Shown here one piece after another: positions 37,620-46,966 of a DNA stretch of 64,000 nucleotides. The first letter of the stretch is position 1. Each line of letters begins with the position of its first letter. The notes under the pieces are model-generated. The model worked only from the letters and a program-made list of their open reading frames with translations. It did no database searches and was not told the origin of the DNA. The position numbers and the translations under genes were made by a program. Origin of the DNA: an uncultured Gemmatimonadales bacterium (GTDB lineage: Bacteria > Gemmatimonadota > Gemmatimonadetes > Gemmatimonadales > GWC2-71-9); the NCBI GenBank assembly GCA_963740175.1, contig CAVUDL010000004.1:1600-65599 (forward strand), read 5' to 3'.

Positions 37620-37952
37620 ATGTCTTACATGCATGGCCGCACCTATCTGTGGGCAGACGACAGCCACGTCCACCTCTGGTCGGCCGAAGGGTACGACGGC
37701 TGGGACGAATCCACCTGGGTCAAGGAGTTCGAGGCGCCCAACGACCGGAAGTCGGCCGCGTTCGGGCGCCCCAGTGGAGTCTCCGTGCGCCAGAAGGTCG
37801 CCGACGAGTACGTCGCCATGCGCATGGCGGAGCTGGTGGCGACCGGCCAGTTCGCCGCCGTCATGGACCGGGCGCTGGCGAATCATCGGGAGAACCCCGG
37901 CTGCCAGGCGCTGGCCAAGCAGGCCTCATTCCTCCGGTCCGCGCTGAAGTAA
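37620..37952 (+). CDS. hypothetical protein (110 aa)
   Basis: ORF with an ATG start and good third-position GC. No family recognised. Confidence 0.45.
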   Translation: MSYMHGRTYLWADDSHVHLWSAEGYDGWDESTWVKEFEAPNDRKSAAFGRPSGVSVRQKVADEYVAMRMAELVATGQFAAVMDRALANHRENPGCQALAKQASFLRSALK

Positions 37953-38048
37953 GCGGGGCAGCGGGCCCACCATGTCTTGCTCAACCGCGGACATTCGTCA
38001 TATATGTAGGAACCCCCTAGCACGGCACGTTCGTCTGGCGGCCTGGCC

Positions 38049-38756
38049 ATGCGCCCTACCCTCGTCGAGTCCGGCAGGAACTTCTTTCAAAGCGCCGAGT
38101 GTGCCTTCGGCAGTATGCTGGCCCACCTGGTCGTGGTGTGGTTTGCCGTCAGCCTGACCTCGGATGGCCGGCAGCTGCCGGCTGACGAGCGCGAGGCCCG
38201 GGTGTTCTTCCTGCTGCCGCCCGACCGGGTGGACGTGCGCGACCGGCAGTCCGAGATCCTCCAGTACGGCAAGCTGGGCGGGGACCTGGAAGATGGGAGG
38301 TATCTCCTGAGGCCCGACGGAGGCTGGCTGAGCCTGGGTCCGGCGCATGGGGCAAGGGGGAAGCGGCGGAAGACCGGCGCCCGGGGCGAGCTCCCGGCCG
38401 GTCCGCCCTCGCCCTACCTCCCGGACACCGCGTTCAGCGTGCTGGAGGTGGACCAGATCGTGGAGCGGTACGAGTCCAGCGCGGCGCCGGTATATCCCGC
38501 GGAGCTGATGGCGATCGGCCTCGAGGGCCTGGTGCAGGCGAGCTACGTGGTGGATACCGCAGGACGGGTGGACACCACCACCATCCGGGTGGTGAAGAGC
38601 GACGATCCCCGGTTTACCCAGTCGGTGCGTGATGCGCTGGGGCTCAGCCGGTTCCGGCCGGCGAAGCGGGCCGGGAAAACCGTGCGGCAGCTGGTAGAGC
38701 AGAAATTCCGCTTCAAGATTGTCCCGCCCGAGGAGTTCGCCAAGCAGGTGAGTTAG
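38049..38756 (+). CDS. TonB-family energy transducer (C-terminal TonB_C domain)
   Basis: 235 aa with an N-terminal TM segment. The C-terminus reads PVYPAELMAIGLEGLVQASYVVDTAGRVD...RFRPAKRAGKTVRQLVEQKFRF. Confidence 0.7.
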   Translation: MRPTLVESGRNFFQSAECAFGSMLAHLVVVWFAVSLTSDGRQLPADEREARVFFLLPPDRVDVRDRQSEILQYGKLGGDLEDGRYLLRPDGGWLSLGPAHGARGKRRKTGARGELPAGPPSPYLPDTAFSVLEVDQIVERYESSAAPVYPAELMAIGLEGLVQASYVVDTAGRVDTTTIRVVKSDDPRFTQSVRDALGLSRFRPAKRAGKTVRQLVEQKFRFKIVPPEEFAKQVS

Positions 38757-38884
38757 TCGCGAGTTCGCCAGGCAAAAAAGTCGCCAGTCGCGAGCAACAG
38801 CACCTCATCGCGAGCAACACGAGGGACCGACCCCTCTAGTATTCCCAATCCGGCGAGCTGGCGGGTCGTGATACGCGACTCGGC
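38755..38884. repeat. ~120-nt dispersed intergenic element (copy E2)
   Basis: It shares the core agcaacagcacctcatcgcgagc..cgagggacc and GTCGCGAG / CGCGACTC arms with the copy at 19379..19498. Confidence 0.55.
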
Positions 38885-38889
38885 CTTAT

Positions 38890-41241
38890 TTATGACCCCG
38901 AATTCGCAGCGGTGGTGGCGTTGATTTGCACCGATACCGAGGCCGTATTCGAGCAGACGGTGGTACGCTTCTCACACACCTTGGCTCGATAGGTAGCGGC
39001 TGTGGTGGAATTGTTTATCAACGTACGTTGACCGGTGTTGGGCGCGATTCTCCGGAAGCGATCGTTCAAGTAGATGTCCACCGAGTCGGCCTGTGCCCCA
39101 GTCCAGGTGAGATCCAGGTAGTGCTGGGTGGCGGTTGCCCTGCCTGTGATGCTGAGCTGGATCCCCGCCGGTGTGGGCGCTGGGAACGAAATAGTGGCTT
39201 CATTCGAGCAAACCGAGCTGCGCTTCTGACACACCTTGGCTCGATAGGTGGCGGCACCAGTGGAGTTGTTTATCAATGTACGTTGACCAGTGTTCGGCGC
39301 GATTCTCCGGAAGCGATCGTTCAGGTAGATGTCCACCGAGTCGCCCTGCGCTCCGGTCCACGTGAGATCCAGGTAGTGCTGGGTGGCGGTTGCCCTGCCG
39401 GCGGCGCTGAGCTGGATCGACGTGGGGGGTGGCGGTGGCGGCGGCGGATCCGGGTCGTCCGGCACCAGGCCATTTCCGATCTGAACGATTCTACCGACCG
39501 ACGGCACGTTGTTGCCATTCAGAATAAACAGCAGGTAATGACCCGGTGGCGTCCGGTTGCGGCTGGCAGGTACATCGATCGACAATGCGCCGGCCTGTCG
39601 TTCGAACGAGAGCCACTGAAACCGGGCGTTCATGTCGAAGGCGTGAGTCGTGGACCCCAGACGGATCAGACTCACCTTCGTAATACTACCAGCATCCGGG
39701 GTCGTGATTGTGAAGGAAGCGCCATACCCCACCTGAGTGGGGGACCCGGCGATAGTGGGTCGTCCACCCCGGAACAGATAGGGCGGTGAGAAGAGCTCGG
39801 CACTGCGTTGGTCCGGCCCCGCGTCGCCGCTTCCGGCGTGGAGGACGCGGCCGTCCGGAAGCAGCAGAGAGGTCGAGTGGTACACCCGATTCACCCTGTT
39901 GCTTGCCAGCGTGGTCCAGATGCCGGTCGCCGGATCCCACAGCTCCGCCGAGTGCACCGCCAACTGGTCATCATTGAACCCGGTCCCGCTGGTTCCGCCG
40001 GTAACCAGCACCTCTCCGGTCGGCAGCACCGTCGCGTTCAGATGCCGCCGGCGAACGGCCAGAGATCCGGTCCACCTCCAGGTTGGTGCCACTGAATTCA
40101 AGTCGATGATCTCCGCGGTATTGGTGGTCCTGCCGCCGCCCACGTACAGGATTTTCCCGTCCTCGTACCACACTGCGGCTCCATAGTCGCGAACACCGTA
40201 GAGCCGGCTCGGTCCCGGTGTCCACGCACCGGTCCCGCTGGGATCCAGGTATCGGGTCCCCTTGGTCTCACCCGCCAGGTAGACCTTCCCGTCCGCGGTC
40301 AGGAATGCTCGAGGGTACAGGGGCAGTGCGAGCTGGGCCGTGCTCAGTCTCCGTAGGGCACCGTTGGACCAGACCTCGTGCTCCCGGACGTTGGCCCCGG
40401 CCAGATCTCTCCCCGCCAGGATCAGGACATCGCCGTTCGCCAAGGTCGTGTTGGTGGGGTACCAGCGGGCATAGCGCATCGGTGGGGCCCGGCTCCATGT
40501 CTGGGTGACGGGATCAAAGATGGTGTTGTCCGGAATGCCGGTGGCGCCGACGTCGGGATCGCTGTTGCCGCCAGATGCCAGCACCCGGCCATCGGCCAGG
40601 AGCGAGTGGCCGGAGCAGAAGATCACGGACGGGCTGGGCGCCGAGGTAAAGCTTCCGCTCGCCGGGTTCCACACCTGGGGGACACCCGACAAGCCGAAGG
40701 AAAGCACTTTTCCGGTCGGCAGCAGCGTCAGGTGCACGGCGATGTTGGGCCAGGCGAAAGGAGCGGTCCACGTCCCTGCCTCCGCGCTGGCGACGCCGGC
40801 GACGGCGAACGACACGGCGGAGGCGCCGCAGGGTAGACCCTGGTTTCGCCTCCGTGTCACCCGCTCGTTCTCGATATAGAGCTCGACCGTGCCCCGCCGC
40901 GTAGTCTCGACCTCGGTCTCGCTGAACCAGGGATCTCCATCAGCCGGCCGTTCCGGCAGGGTGAGGCTGCCGCTCTCCCCGGTGCCCGACACCCGATAGG
41001 TCACCTGAACGGCAGACCCGGAGTTGGTGGCGAGGAACCTGTTGCCGCAGACGTAGACCAGATCGACGGGGGCAAGGTTGCTGGCTTCGGGGGTGTCCTC
41101 GTCCGCCGCTCCGGATCGCTGCGGCGGCGACTGCTGATCATCGCCACAAGCGGCCAGAATCCCCGTCATGCAGGAAAGCATGAGGTGCGTAAACCACCGG
41201 GTTCTCAAGAAGCCTGTGGTAGAGGCTGAACGAGGGACCAT
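38890..41241 (-). CDS. galactose oxidase / glyoxal oxidase-like protein (kelch-type propeller plus DUF1929-like domain) with two near-identical C-terminal 85-aa modules
   Basis: 783 aa. Kelch-like repeats are followed by KVSLIRLGSTTHAFDMNARFQWLSF...PGHYLLFILN, a poly-Pro linker, and a duplicated IQLS..GRATATQHYLDLTWTGAQ..SVDIYLNDRFRRIAPNTGQRTLINNST module. Confidence 0.8.
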   Translation of the reverse strand: MVPRSASTTGFLRTRWFTHLMLSCMTGILAACGDDQQSPPQRSGAADEDTPEASNLAPVDLVYVCGNRFLATNSGSAVQVTYRVSGTGESGSLTLPERPADGDPWFSETEVETTRRGTVELYIENERVTRRRNQGLPCGASAVSFAVAGVASAEAGTWTAPFAWPNIAVHLTLLPTGKVLSFGLSGVPQVWNPASGSFTSAPSPSVIFCSGHSLLADGRVLASGGNSDPDVGATGIPDNTIFDPVTQTWSRAPPMRYARWYPTNTTLANGDVLILAGRDLAGANVREHEVWSNGALRRLSTAQLALPLYPRAFLTADGKVYLAGETKGTRYLDPSGTGAWTPGPSRLYGVRDYGAAVWYEDGKILYVGGGRTTNTAEIIDLNSVAPTWRWTGSLAVRRRHLNATVLPTGEVLVTGGTSGTGFNDDQLAVHSAELWDPATGIWTTLASNRVNRVYHSTSLLLPDGRVLHAGSGDAGPDQRSAELFSPPYLFRGGRPTIAGSPTQVGYGASFTITTPDAGSITKVSLIRLGSTTHAFDMNARFQWLSFERQAGALSIDVPASRNRTPPGHYLLFILNGNNVPSVGRIVQIGNGLVPDDPDPPPPPPPPTSIQLSAAGRATATQHYLDLTWTGAQGDSVDIYLNDRFRRIAPNTGQRTLINNSTGAATYRAKVCQKRSSVCSNEATISFPAPTPAGIQLSITGRATATQHYLDLTWTGAQADSVDIYLNDRFRRIAPNTGQRTLINNSTTAATYRAKVCEKRTTVCSNTASVSVQINATTAANSGS

Positions 41242-41523
41242 ATGAGCCCGGGCGAGGAAGAATTCGGAAAGGGAAACTCACCCTACGATGCAGCCCGGCG
41301 GCGGGCTCGTCAAGCTCAGTCGAGCGCCAGTGCATTGTGCTCCAGGCGTTTGCACGCAGCTGCCAGGCGCGAGTCTCAGTCGCAGCAGCAGCACCTCATC
41401 ATGAACACCGCTGGTGTAAGACCCCTCCCCAAGCCAATGCACGACACTGCTACCCCCTTGTGATCAGACCGTGGCGAAGCGGCCCTAGAATCCGGGAAGT
41501 CCCCCGTTTTCTGGAGACGCAGG

Positions 41524-41754
41524 ATGAAGGCATGCACGTTCGAAGCCCCAGTCGTGGCTGCCGCCTACGGCACCGAGCTTGGAATTGAGGCTCGGCTGAG
41601 TGTGCCGGCTGCTGAGGTGGCAAATGTCGACGCGGGAGCCTGGTCGTCCATATTGCAGACGATTGAGGCCTTGTTCTGCCGAGCATCCCCCTCTCTGTCG
41701 AGCTACTTCTATCACGTGCTGGGAGAGGATGCCGACAACGAGTTGGATGATTGA
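41524..41754 (+). CDS. possible small acidic-tailed protein (76 aa), weakly supported
   Basis: ATG with GGAG 8 nt upstream. Third-position GC is clearly lower than in neighbouring genes, so it may be non-coding. Confidence 0.3.
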   Translation: MKACTFEAPVVAAAYGTELGIEARLSVPAAEVANVDAGAWSSILQTIEALFCRASPSLSSYFYHVLGEDADNELDD

Positions 41755-41900
41755 CCTTGCTCGCGACTGGCGGCTCGCGACTCAAAAACTGTGACATAGG
41801 ATGTTTCTATTCGCGACATTTTCGGGTTGCCTGCCGACGTCCCGAGTCAGATATTGGCGCAGGCATTTATCACTGGTCCCTCGTCACTAGTCACTATCCT

Positions 41901-41949
41901 GGCGACTGGCGACTGGCGACTAGCGACTAGCGACTAGCGACTAGCGACT
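41901..41949. repeat. tandem 7-mer (GGCGACT x3, AGCGACT x4)
   Basis: ggcgactggcgactggcgactagcgactagcgactagcgactagcgact, ending 21 nt upstream of the next ATG. Confidence 0.9.
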
Positions 41950-41970
41950 GATTCATCACGGAGGCTTATC

Positions 41971-42456
41971 ATGGCGAAGAACACGCAGGCGATACCGAAG
42001 GGCTATCACACCGTCACCCCCAGCCTCTTCGTGGCTGGAGCGGCCAAGGCAATCGACTTCTACAAGAAGGCGTTGGGAGCCGAAGAGCGGATGCGGTTTC
42101 CGGCCCCGGATGGGACCATCATGCACGCCGAGATCCGGATCGGCGACTCGATCATCATGCTGGGCGATGAGATGCCGGACCATGGCGGCAAGAGCCCCAA
42201 GACCCTCGGCGGCACGCCGGTCGGCTTCTTTGTCTATCGCGAGAACGTAGATGCGGCCTGGAAGCAGGCGCTTGACGCCGGTGGCAAGGAGGTCATGCCG
42301 CTGGAGGACCAGTTCTGGGGCGACCGCGCCGGATGCTTCGTGGATCCCTTCGGGCACCAGTGGTGGCTGGCCCAGCACATTCGGGACATGACGCCGGAAG
42401 AGCTTACCAAGGCCTCAGAGTCGTTCTTCTCGCAGCAGGCGCAGCCGACCGCATAG
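41971..42456 (+). CDS. VOC (glyoxalase/bleomycin-resistance fold) protein, PhnB-like
   Basis: 161 aa. Motifs: IPKGYHTVTPSLFV, AIDFYKKALGAEE, FGHQWWLA. Confidence 0.8.
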   Translation: MAKNTQAIPKGYHTVTPSLFVAGAAKAIDFYKKALGAEERMRFPAPDGTIMHAEIRIGDSIIMLGDEMPDHGGKSPKTLGGTPVGFFVYRENVDAAWKQALDAGGKEVMPLEDQFWGDRAGCFVDPFGHQWWLAQHIRDMTPEELTKASESFFSQQAQPTA

Positions 42457-42650
42457 CACGCCTGAACGATTGAGAGCCTGGGAGCGGACCTGGTCACCGG
42501 GTCCGCTCTTTCGTGCCCGGGTAGCTCCCTCGGCGCCATTGGACTGGTGTCCAATCCATAGCATTTCCCGGTACTACACAGTAGGTTGAGGAGCCCCCCA
42601 AGTAGCTTTCCTGCCAGAGCCGGCCGTTTCCGCCGGACCTAAGGCCTCAC

Positions 42651-43181
42651 ATGACGACCGAGCGTATCGCCCCCTCAGCCGAGGGGCGGCGAATCGTCAT
42701 TTGTGACTACAACGCCTTGCTGCTGTCAGTGACGGGGCTCCTGCGTATGAGCGGCTATGCCGTGTTCCAGGCCCACGACGGATGGGCCGCGCGGGAGCTG
42801 TGCATCCTGCTACCCAATATCGAGTTGCTGGTGCTGAACACCTACGGGACGGGGATCGATGTCGCCGAGCTCTGCGGGAGCATCCGAACCGTCAAGCCGG
42901 GCCTGCCGGTGCTCCACATCGGCTCGAGCATACCAGAGGGACTGCCCCCCGATGTGCCGACGCTGTCCGAGAACTTCAATGCGGATAGTCTCTTGCTGGC
43001 GGTGGGGGCGCTGATCAAACCGGGGCTGATGCGCCAAGTCCCGGTCGTGCTGCAGTCCAAGGGCAGAACCATGAGCTATCCCAACGGGCGACGCCGGGAA
43101 GACACCGGCTCGCGGCCCCCGGTGCCCCGGATTGCGATCGTCCCGCTACGGGTCGAGCCTGTCGAATCGTCTGAGAAGTAA
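42651..43181 (+). CDS. receiver-like (pseudo-receiver) domain protein
   Basis: 176 aa with a CheY-like layout (RIVICDYN...LLVLNTYGTGID...PVLHIGS). Asn sits where the phospho-acceptor Asp is expected. Confidence 0.5.
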   Translation: MTTERIAPSAEGRRIVICDYNALLLSVTGLLRMSGYAVFQAHDGWAARELCILLPNIELLVLNTYGTGIDVAELCGSIRTVKPGLPVLHIGSSIPEGLPPDVPTLSENFNADSLLLAVGALIKPGLMRQVPVVLQSKGRTMSYPNGRRREDTGSRPPVPRIAIVPLRVEPVESSEK

Positions 43182-43183
43182 CG

Positions 43184-43405
43184 CTACTCGGCGTCCTGCT
43201 CCAGCTCCACCCCGGCTGCCCTCGCCTGCGCCCGCAGGAGCTCTATCTCGTCCCCGACGCCGGCATAGGCCTCGGCGATGAGCTCCGACTGCTGCCGCAG
43301 CACCTCGCGCTGCCGCAGCAGATGCAACAGCTTTTGAGCCATCTCCTCGCCGTCCTCCATACCTGAGAAGCTGCGTTTCGCCTGGTAGGACGTCAAGATC
43401 GGCAC
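43184..43405 (-). CDS. small coiled-coil hypothetical protein (73 aa)
   Basis: ORF with a heptad-like LLHLLRQREVLRQQSELIAEAY stretch. Confidence 0.4.
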   Translation of the reverse strand: MPILTSYQAKRSFSGMEDGEEMAQKLLHLLRQREVLRQQSELIAEAYAGVGDEIELLRAQARAAGVELEQDAE

Positions 43406-43465
43406 TCCTCACAACTCGCCCGGTCGATCGTCATCCAGCCACCGGGGACAGGTGTGTCAGGTCCT

Positions 43466-44176
43466 TCATTCCGGCGCTACCACGGTCGTCGCCCGTTGAA
43501 CCGGCGCATCGGTGAGAAGGCCGCGATGCTCCAGGGTATGGCTCGCCACGTCGGCGAGAAGCTTGAGCACCACCATCACCACGGCGAATGCCGCCTCCGG
43601 GGCAAGCGCGGGCAGGAGACTGGCTGCCGCGATCCCGGCCAGCAGCACGACGCCCACCAGCGACATGCGCGCGTAGGGCCAGAAGACCAGGCTGGCGATG
43701 TTGAGCCGGTCGTACTCCCGGCCCACCAGGAAGTTTCGCACGAAGGAGACGCCATGGCTCAGGCAGAGCGCGCCGATTGCCAGCAGGAGACCGGGCCCAG
43801 CGGCCGAGAGGGCCCGAGGAATGCTGGTCCCGGCTCCGCCGTCGAGCCGGAGCATTGCCGGCAGCAGCAGCACGAACAGGCCTATGGCCAGCGCGAACGC
43901 GCCGAACTTGAAGGCGAAGAAGCCCACGCCTATCACGGTGAAGAAGAAGCGATTGAGCCCGCTCCCCAGATCCACCCACCGGGCCGCCCAGCTCCCCAGC
44001 GGCGCGGCGCCGAACACGCCGACCACCATCATGCGCGCCACGTTGTACGCTCCGAGGATCACCACCTCGCTCCAGTAGACCAGCAGGGTCTCGTAGTAGC
44101 CCCACTCATGCCGCAGCGCCTGGAAGGCCACGAACAGGTTGGCGATGACCAGGGCGGCGAGGCCGGTGCGGCTCAC
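43466..44176 (-). CDS. polytopic hypothetical membrane protein
   Basis: ORF 43466..44224. I prefer the GTG at 44176, which overlaps the upstream stop (GTGA). The protein has six or more hydrophobic segments. Confidence 0.6.
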   Translation of the reverse strand: MSRTGLAALVIANLFVAFQALRHEWGYYETLLVYWSEVVILGAYNVARMMVVGVFGAAPLGSWAARWVDLGSGLNRFFFTVIGVGFFAFKFGAFALAIGLFVLLLPAMLRLDGGAGTSIPRALSAAGPGLLLAIGALCLSHGVSFVRNFLVGREYDRLNIASLVFWPYARMSLVGVVLLAGIAAASLLPALAPEAAFAVVMVVLKLLADVASHTLEHRGLLTDAPVQRATTVVAPE

Positions 44177-44559
44177 GCGCTGCGCTCGTCCAGCCGCGAG
44201 AGGTGAGTGAGCACGCACCGCCACTGTCCCTTCTGCCGCACGAAGACGCAGGAGACCCGCTCGACTTCCCGGAACGGTTGCCCCTGGTACTTCCCGCCGG
44301 AGACCCCGCGCGCCAGAGTCACCGCGGTATCGCCATAGACTCGCACGCTCAGGTCGTGCGTCTCCATCACATCGTGACTCAGCGCGCCCGACCGCACCAG
44401 CTCCAGAAAGGTCGCCTTGTCACCCACCTGTCCGTCCGAGCCGACGATCGCCCAGTCGTCCGACATGAACTGTCCGATCGCGTCGGCGTCGTTGGAGACC
44501 ATCGCCTCATCCCACTCGCGCGCCAGCGTAATCAGCTGGTCCGTGGTGCCGCCGGCCAT
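44173..44559 (-). CDS. SnoaL-like / DUF4440 (NTF2-fold) protein
   Basis: The internal ATG at 44559 gives MAGGTTDQLITLAREWDEAMVSNDADAIGQFMSDDW. The upstream part of the listed ORF is a shadow. Confidence 0.7.
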   Translation of the reverse strand: MAGGTTDQLITLAREWDEAMVSNDADAIGQFMSDDWAIVGSDGQVGDKATFLELVRSGALSHDVMETHDLSVRVYGDTAVTLARGVSGGKYQGQPFREVERVSCVFVRQKGQWRCVLTHLSRLDERSA

Positions 44560-44570
44560 GCCCGTTCCTT

Positions 44571-45059
44571 TCACAATCCGCAAACTTCGGTAAAGGTGGC
44601 AACAGCCGACCGGACGCCGGGCTCGTCGTGACTCCATAGCCGCGATAGCGGGAGAACACCGCCGTAGCGCAAGCGCACGGCGGGGCGCCACACCTTGCCG
44701 CCGTCGCTGTCCTCGCTCTCTTCCACCACCGCGCTCTCGAGCTGGTCGAACGGGAGCTGTCGCACCTCGCGGCCGAGTATGCCCCAGCGTACCAGGCGGA
44801 GGGAGCGGCGGGTCAGGTCGAGCTCGACTCTTGAGGTTGGGTTTTGCGCCAGCCACCACAGCCCTCCGGCGCACACCCCGAGCCCCACCGCGGCGCTGGC
44901 GAGTCGCTCCCACGGTTTCAGCTGGTCTGCGTTCTGGGCCAGACCGAGCGACATCGCGATAGCCAGCGCGCCCCCGGCGAAGAGAAAGAGCCCCAGTACC
45001 CAGAAGAGGGCCGGCCGGTCACGGAGTGAGACTCGTCCGCCTTCGCGTGTGATGCGCAC
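44571..45059 (-). CDS. hypothetical membrane protein
   Basis: 162 aa with two TM segments, followed by a soluble domain. Confidence 0.5.
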   Translation of the reverse strand: MRITREGGRVSLRDRPALFWVLGLFLFAGGALAIAMSLGLAQNADQLKPWERLASAAVGLGVCAGGLWWLAQNPTSRVELDLTRRSLRLVRWGILGREVRQLPFDQLESAVVEESEDSDGGKVWRPAVRLRYGGVLPLSRLWSHDEPGVRSAVATFTEVCGL

Positions 45060-45062
45060 TGG

Positions 45063-45665
45063 CTACGTGATCCTGGTCCGTGGCTTGGGCGGTGGGTGCA
45101 GCGTTTCCCCCGCCTTCAGCATGCGGACGAACTCCTGCAAGCGTCGCGCACGGGTCTCGGGTTTCCGCGCGTCGTGCAACCGGTACAGGATGGCGTACCG
45201 GTTGGTGCTGTCCAGCTGCTCGAAGAATCGCTTGGCCTTTGGGTGCGCATCCAGCGCCGCCTGAAGATCTTCGGGCGGCCTGATCTTGCCGGGCGACGGA
45301 TACGCCGCCGCCCAGCGTCCGTCCCGCTGGGCGGCCTCCATATCGCGAATCCCCGCTCCCGACAACCGGCCTTCGGCATGGAGACGCTCGACCGACGCCC
45401 GGTTTATCTGCGACCACTTGCTTCTCGGCCGCCGCGGTGTGAAGCGCTGCCGGTACCATTCGGCATCCACCGATTTGGTCTGCCCGTCGATCCACCCGTA
45501 GCACAGCGCCACCTCCAGCGCCTGCGCATAGGTCACCGACGCGAGCCCGCTGCTCTTCTTGGCGAACTCGAGCCAGATACCCGGCGACTTCTGGTGTTGC
45601 CGTTCGAGCCAGGCGGCCCACGCAGCCTGGCTGCGGAAGCGTTTGACAGTGAGGTCAGGTTTCAT
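45063..45665 (-). CDS. YdeI/OmpD-associated family protein
   Basis: Internal ATG at 45665 (MKPDLTVKRFRSQAAWAAWL...). The stretches ALCYGWIDG and NRYAILYRL are typical of this family. Confidence 0.75.
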   Translation of the reverse strand: MKPDLTVKRFRSQAAWAAWLERQHQKSPGIWLEFAKKSSGLASVTYAQALEVALCYGWIDGQTKSVDAEWYRQRFTPRRPRSKWSQINRASVERLHAEGRLSGAGIRDMEAAQRDGRWAAAYPSPGKIRPPEDLQAALDAHPKAKRFFEQLDSTNRYAILYRLHDARKPETRARRLQEFVRMLKAGETLHPPPKPRTRIT

Positions 45666-45676
45666 ACTGTTCGTCC

Positions 45677-46954
45677 ATGAATGTAACCGCCGTCCAGCGC
45701 CGGACACTGCGTCTGCTCTTCGTCACCCAGATCATCAGCGGCGTGGGCGTCGCGGTGGGCGCGTCGGTGGGAGCGCTGCTGGCTGCGGACATCGCGGGTG
45801 TGGGAATGTCGGGCCTGGCGCAGAGCGCCGCGGTGATCGGGACTGCGCTCTTTGCCGTCCCGGCAACGGCCATCGTGAACCGGCGCGGGCGGCGGCCCAG
45901 CCTGGCGCTGCTGTATCTCATCGCGGCGACTGGCGCGATCGTCGTCCTGCTCGCGGCGACGCGGGGATCCATCCCCCTCCTCTTCCCGGGATTCTTTCTG
46001 TTCGGCGCCGCGACCGCTGCCAACTTCCAGGCCCGCTACGCCGCGGTGGACCTGGCGCCGCCGGCGCTTCGTGGCCGCCACCTTTCCTTAATAGTGTGGG
46101 CCACCACGCTGGGCGCGGTGCTGGGCCCAAGCCTGGCGCCGGTGGCGGGCACCTCCGTGGCCCGGTTCGGCATCCCCACCCTGGCAGGACCGTACCTCTT
46201 CTCGGCACTCCTGTTCACCCTGGCGATCGCGCTGCTGCTGGTGTTCCTGCGCCCCGACCCGGCGGTAGTTGCGCGGGCATCGATCCCGACGACCCCAGAC
46301 GCGCCGCGGCTCGGGATGCGGGCGGCGCTCCGGTTCGTGCTGTCGCACCCTGCGGCCCGACTGGGCGTCAGCGCCATGGCCGTCGGCAACGTGGTGATGA
46401 TCGGGGTGATGGCGATGACGCCGGTGCACATCAAGAGCGCCGGTCACGACGCGGCCCACACCCTTGGCATCGTCGGGATCGTGCTCAGCTTTCATATCGC
46501 GGGGATGTACGCGTTCTCGCCGGTGTTTGGATGGCTGACCGACCGGCTCGGCCGGCGCCCCGTGATCATTGTTGGGATCGCCCTGCTACTGGCCGCGTGC
46601 GCGCTGGCGGGGACGGCGCGGCACGATACCACACGTCTCGCGGCCGCATTGATGACACTCGGGCTCGGCTGGTCGGCTGCGATGGTGGCCGGCTCCACGC
46701 TGCTGAGCGAGTCGATTCCGGTGGAGCTGCGCGCGTCAGCGCAGGGGCTGTCCGATCTGGTGATGGGACTGGCCGGAGCCACGGCCGGCGCGATCTCGGG
46801 CGTGATCGTGGCCGGGTGGGGCTATCCGACGCTGACTCTGCTGGCCGCGCTCGCGACGGCGCCGCTGATATTGCTCGTGTCGTTTTACGTCGCCCGCACT
46901 GACGCCGAGGCCACCGCCTCATCCCGAGCGTCTACCACCTCATCCCGAGCGTAG
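45677..46954 (+). CDS. MFS transporter
   Basis: 425 aa with about 12 TM segments and an MFS-like loop, NRRGRRPS. The last 14 aa are encoded by two copies of an intergenic repeat motif. Confidence 0.85.
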   Translation: MNVTAVQRRTLRLLFVTQIISGVGVAVGASVGALLAADIAGVGMSGLAQSAAVIGTALFAVPATAIVNRRGRRPSLALLYLIAATGAIVVLLAATRGSIPLLFPGFFLFGAATAANFQARYAAVDLAPPALRGRHLSLIVWATTLGAVLGPSLAPVAGTSVARFGIPTLAGPYLFSALLFTLAIALLLVFLRPDPAVVARASIPTTPDAPRLGMRAALRFVLSHPAARLGVSAMAVGNVVMIGVMAMTPVHIKSAGHDAAHTLGIVGIVLSFHIAGMYAFSPVFGWLTDRLGRRPVIIVGIALLLAACALAGTARHDTTRLAAALMTLGLGWSAAMVAGSTLLSESIPVELRASAQGLSDLVMGLAGATAGAISGVIVAGWGYPTLTLLAALATAPLILLVSFYVARTDAEATASSRASTTSSRA

Positions 46955-46966
46955 CGAGGCGAGTCA

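Noticed and set aside
38923-39417. Diversity-generating retroelement (template/variable repeat pair) in the duplicated C-terminal modules
   Set aside because: Differences between the two 255-nt copies are not confined to adenine positions. Both copies are in-frame parts of one CDS, and no reverse transcriptase is nearby.
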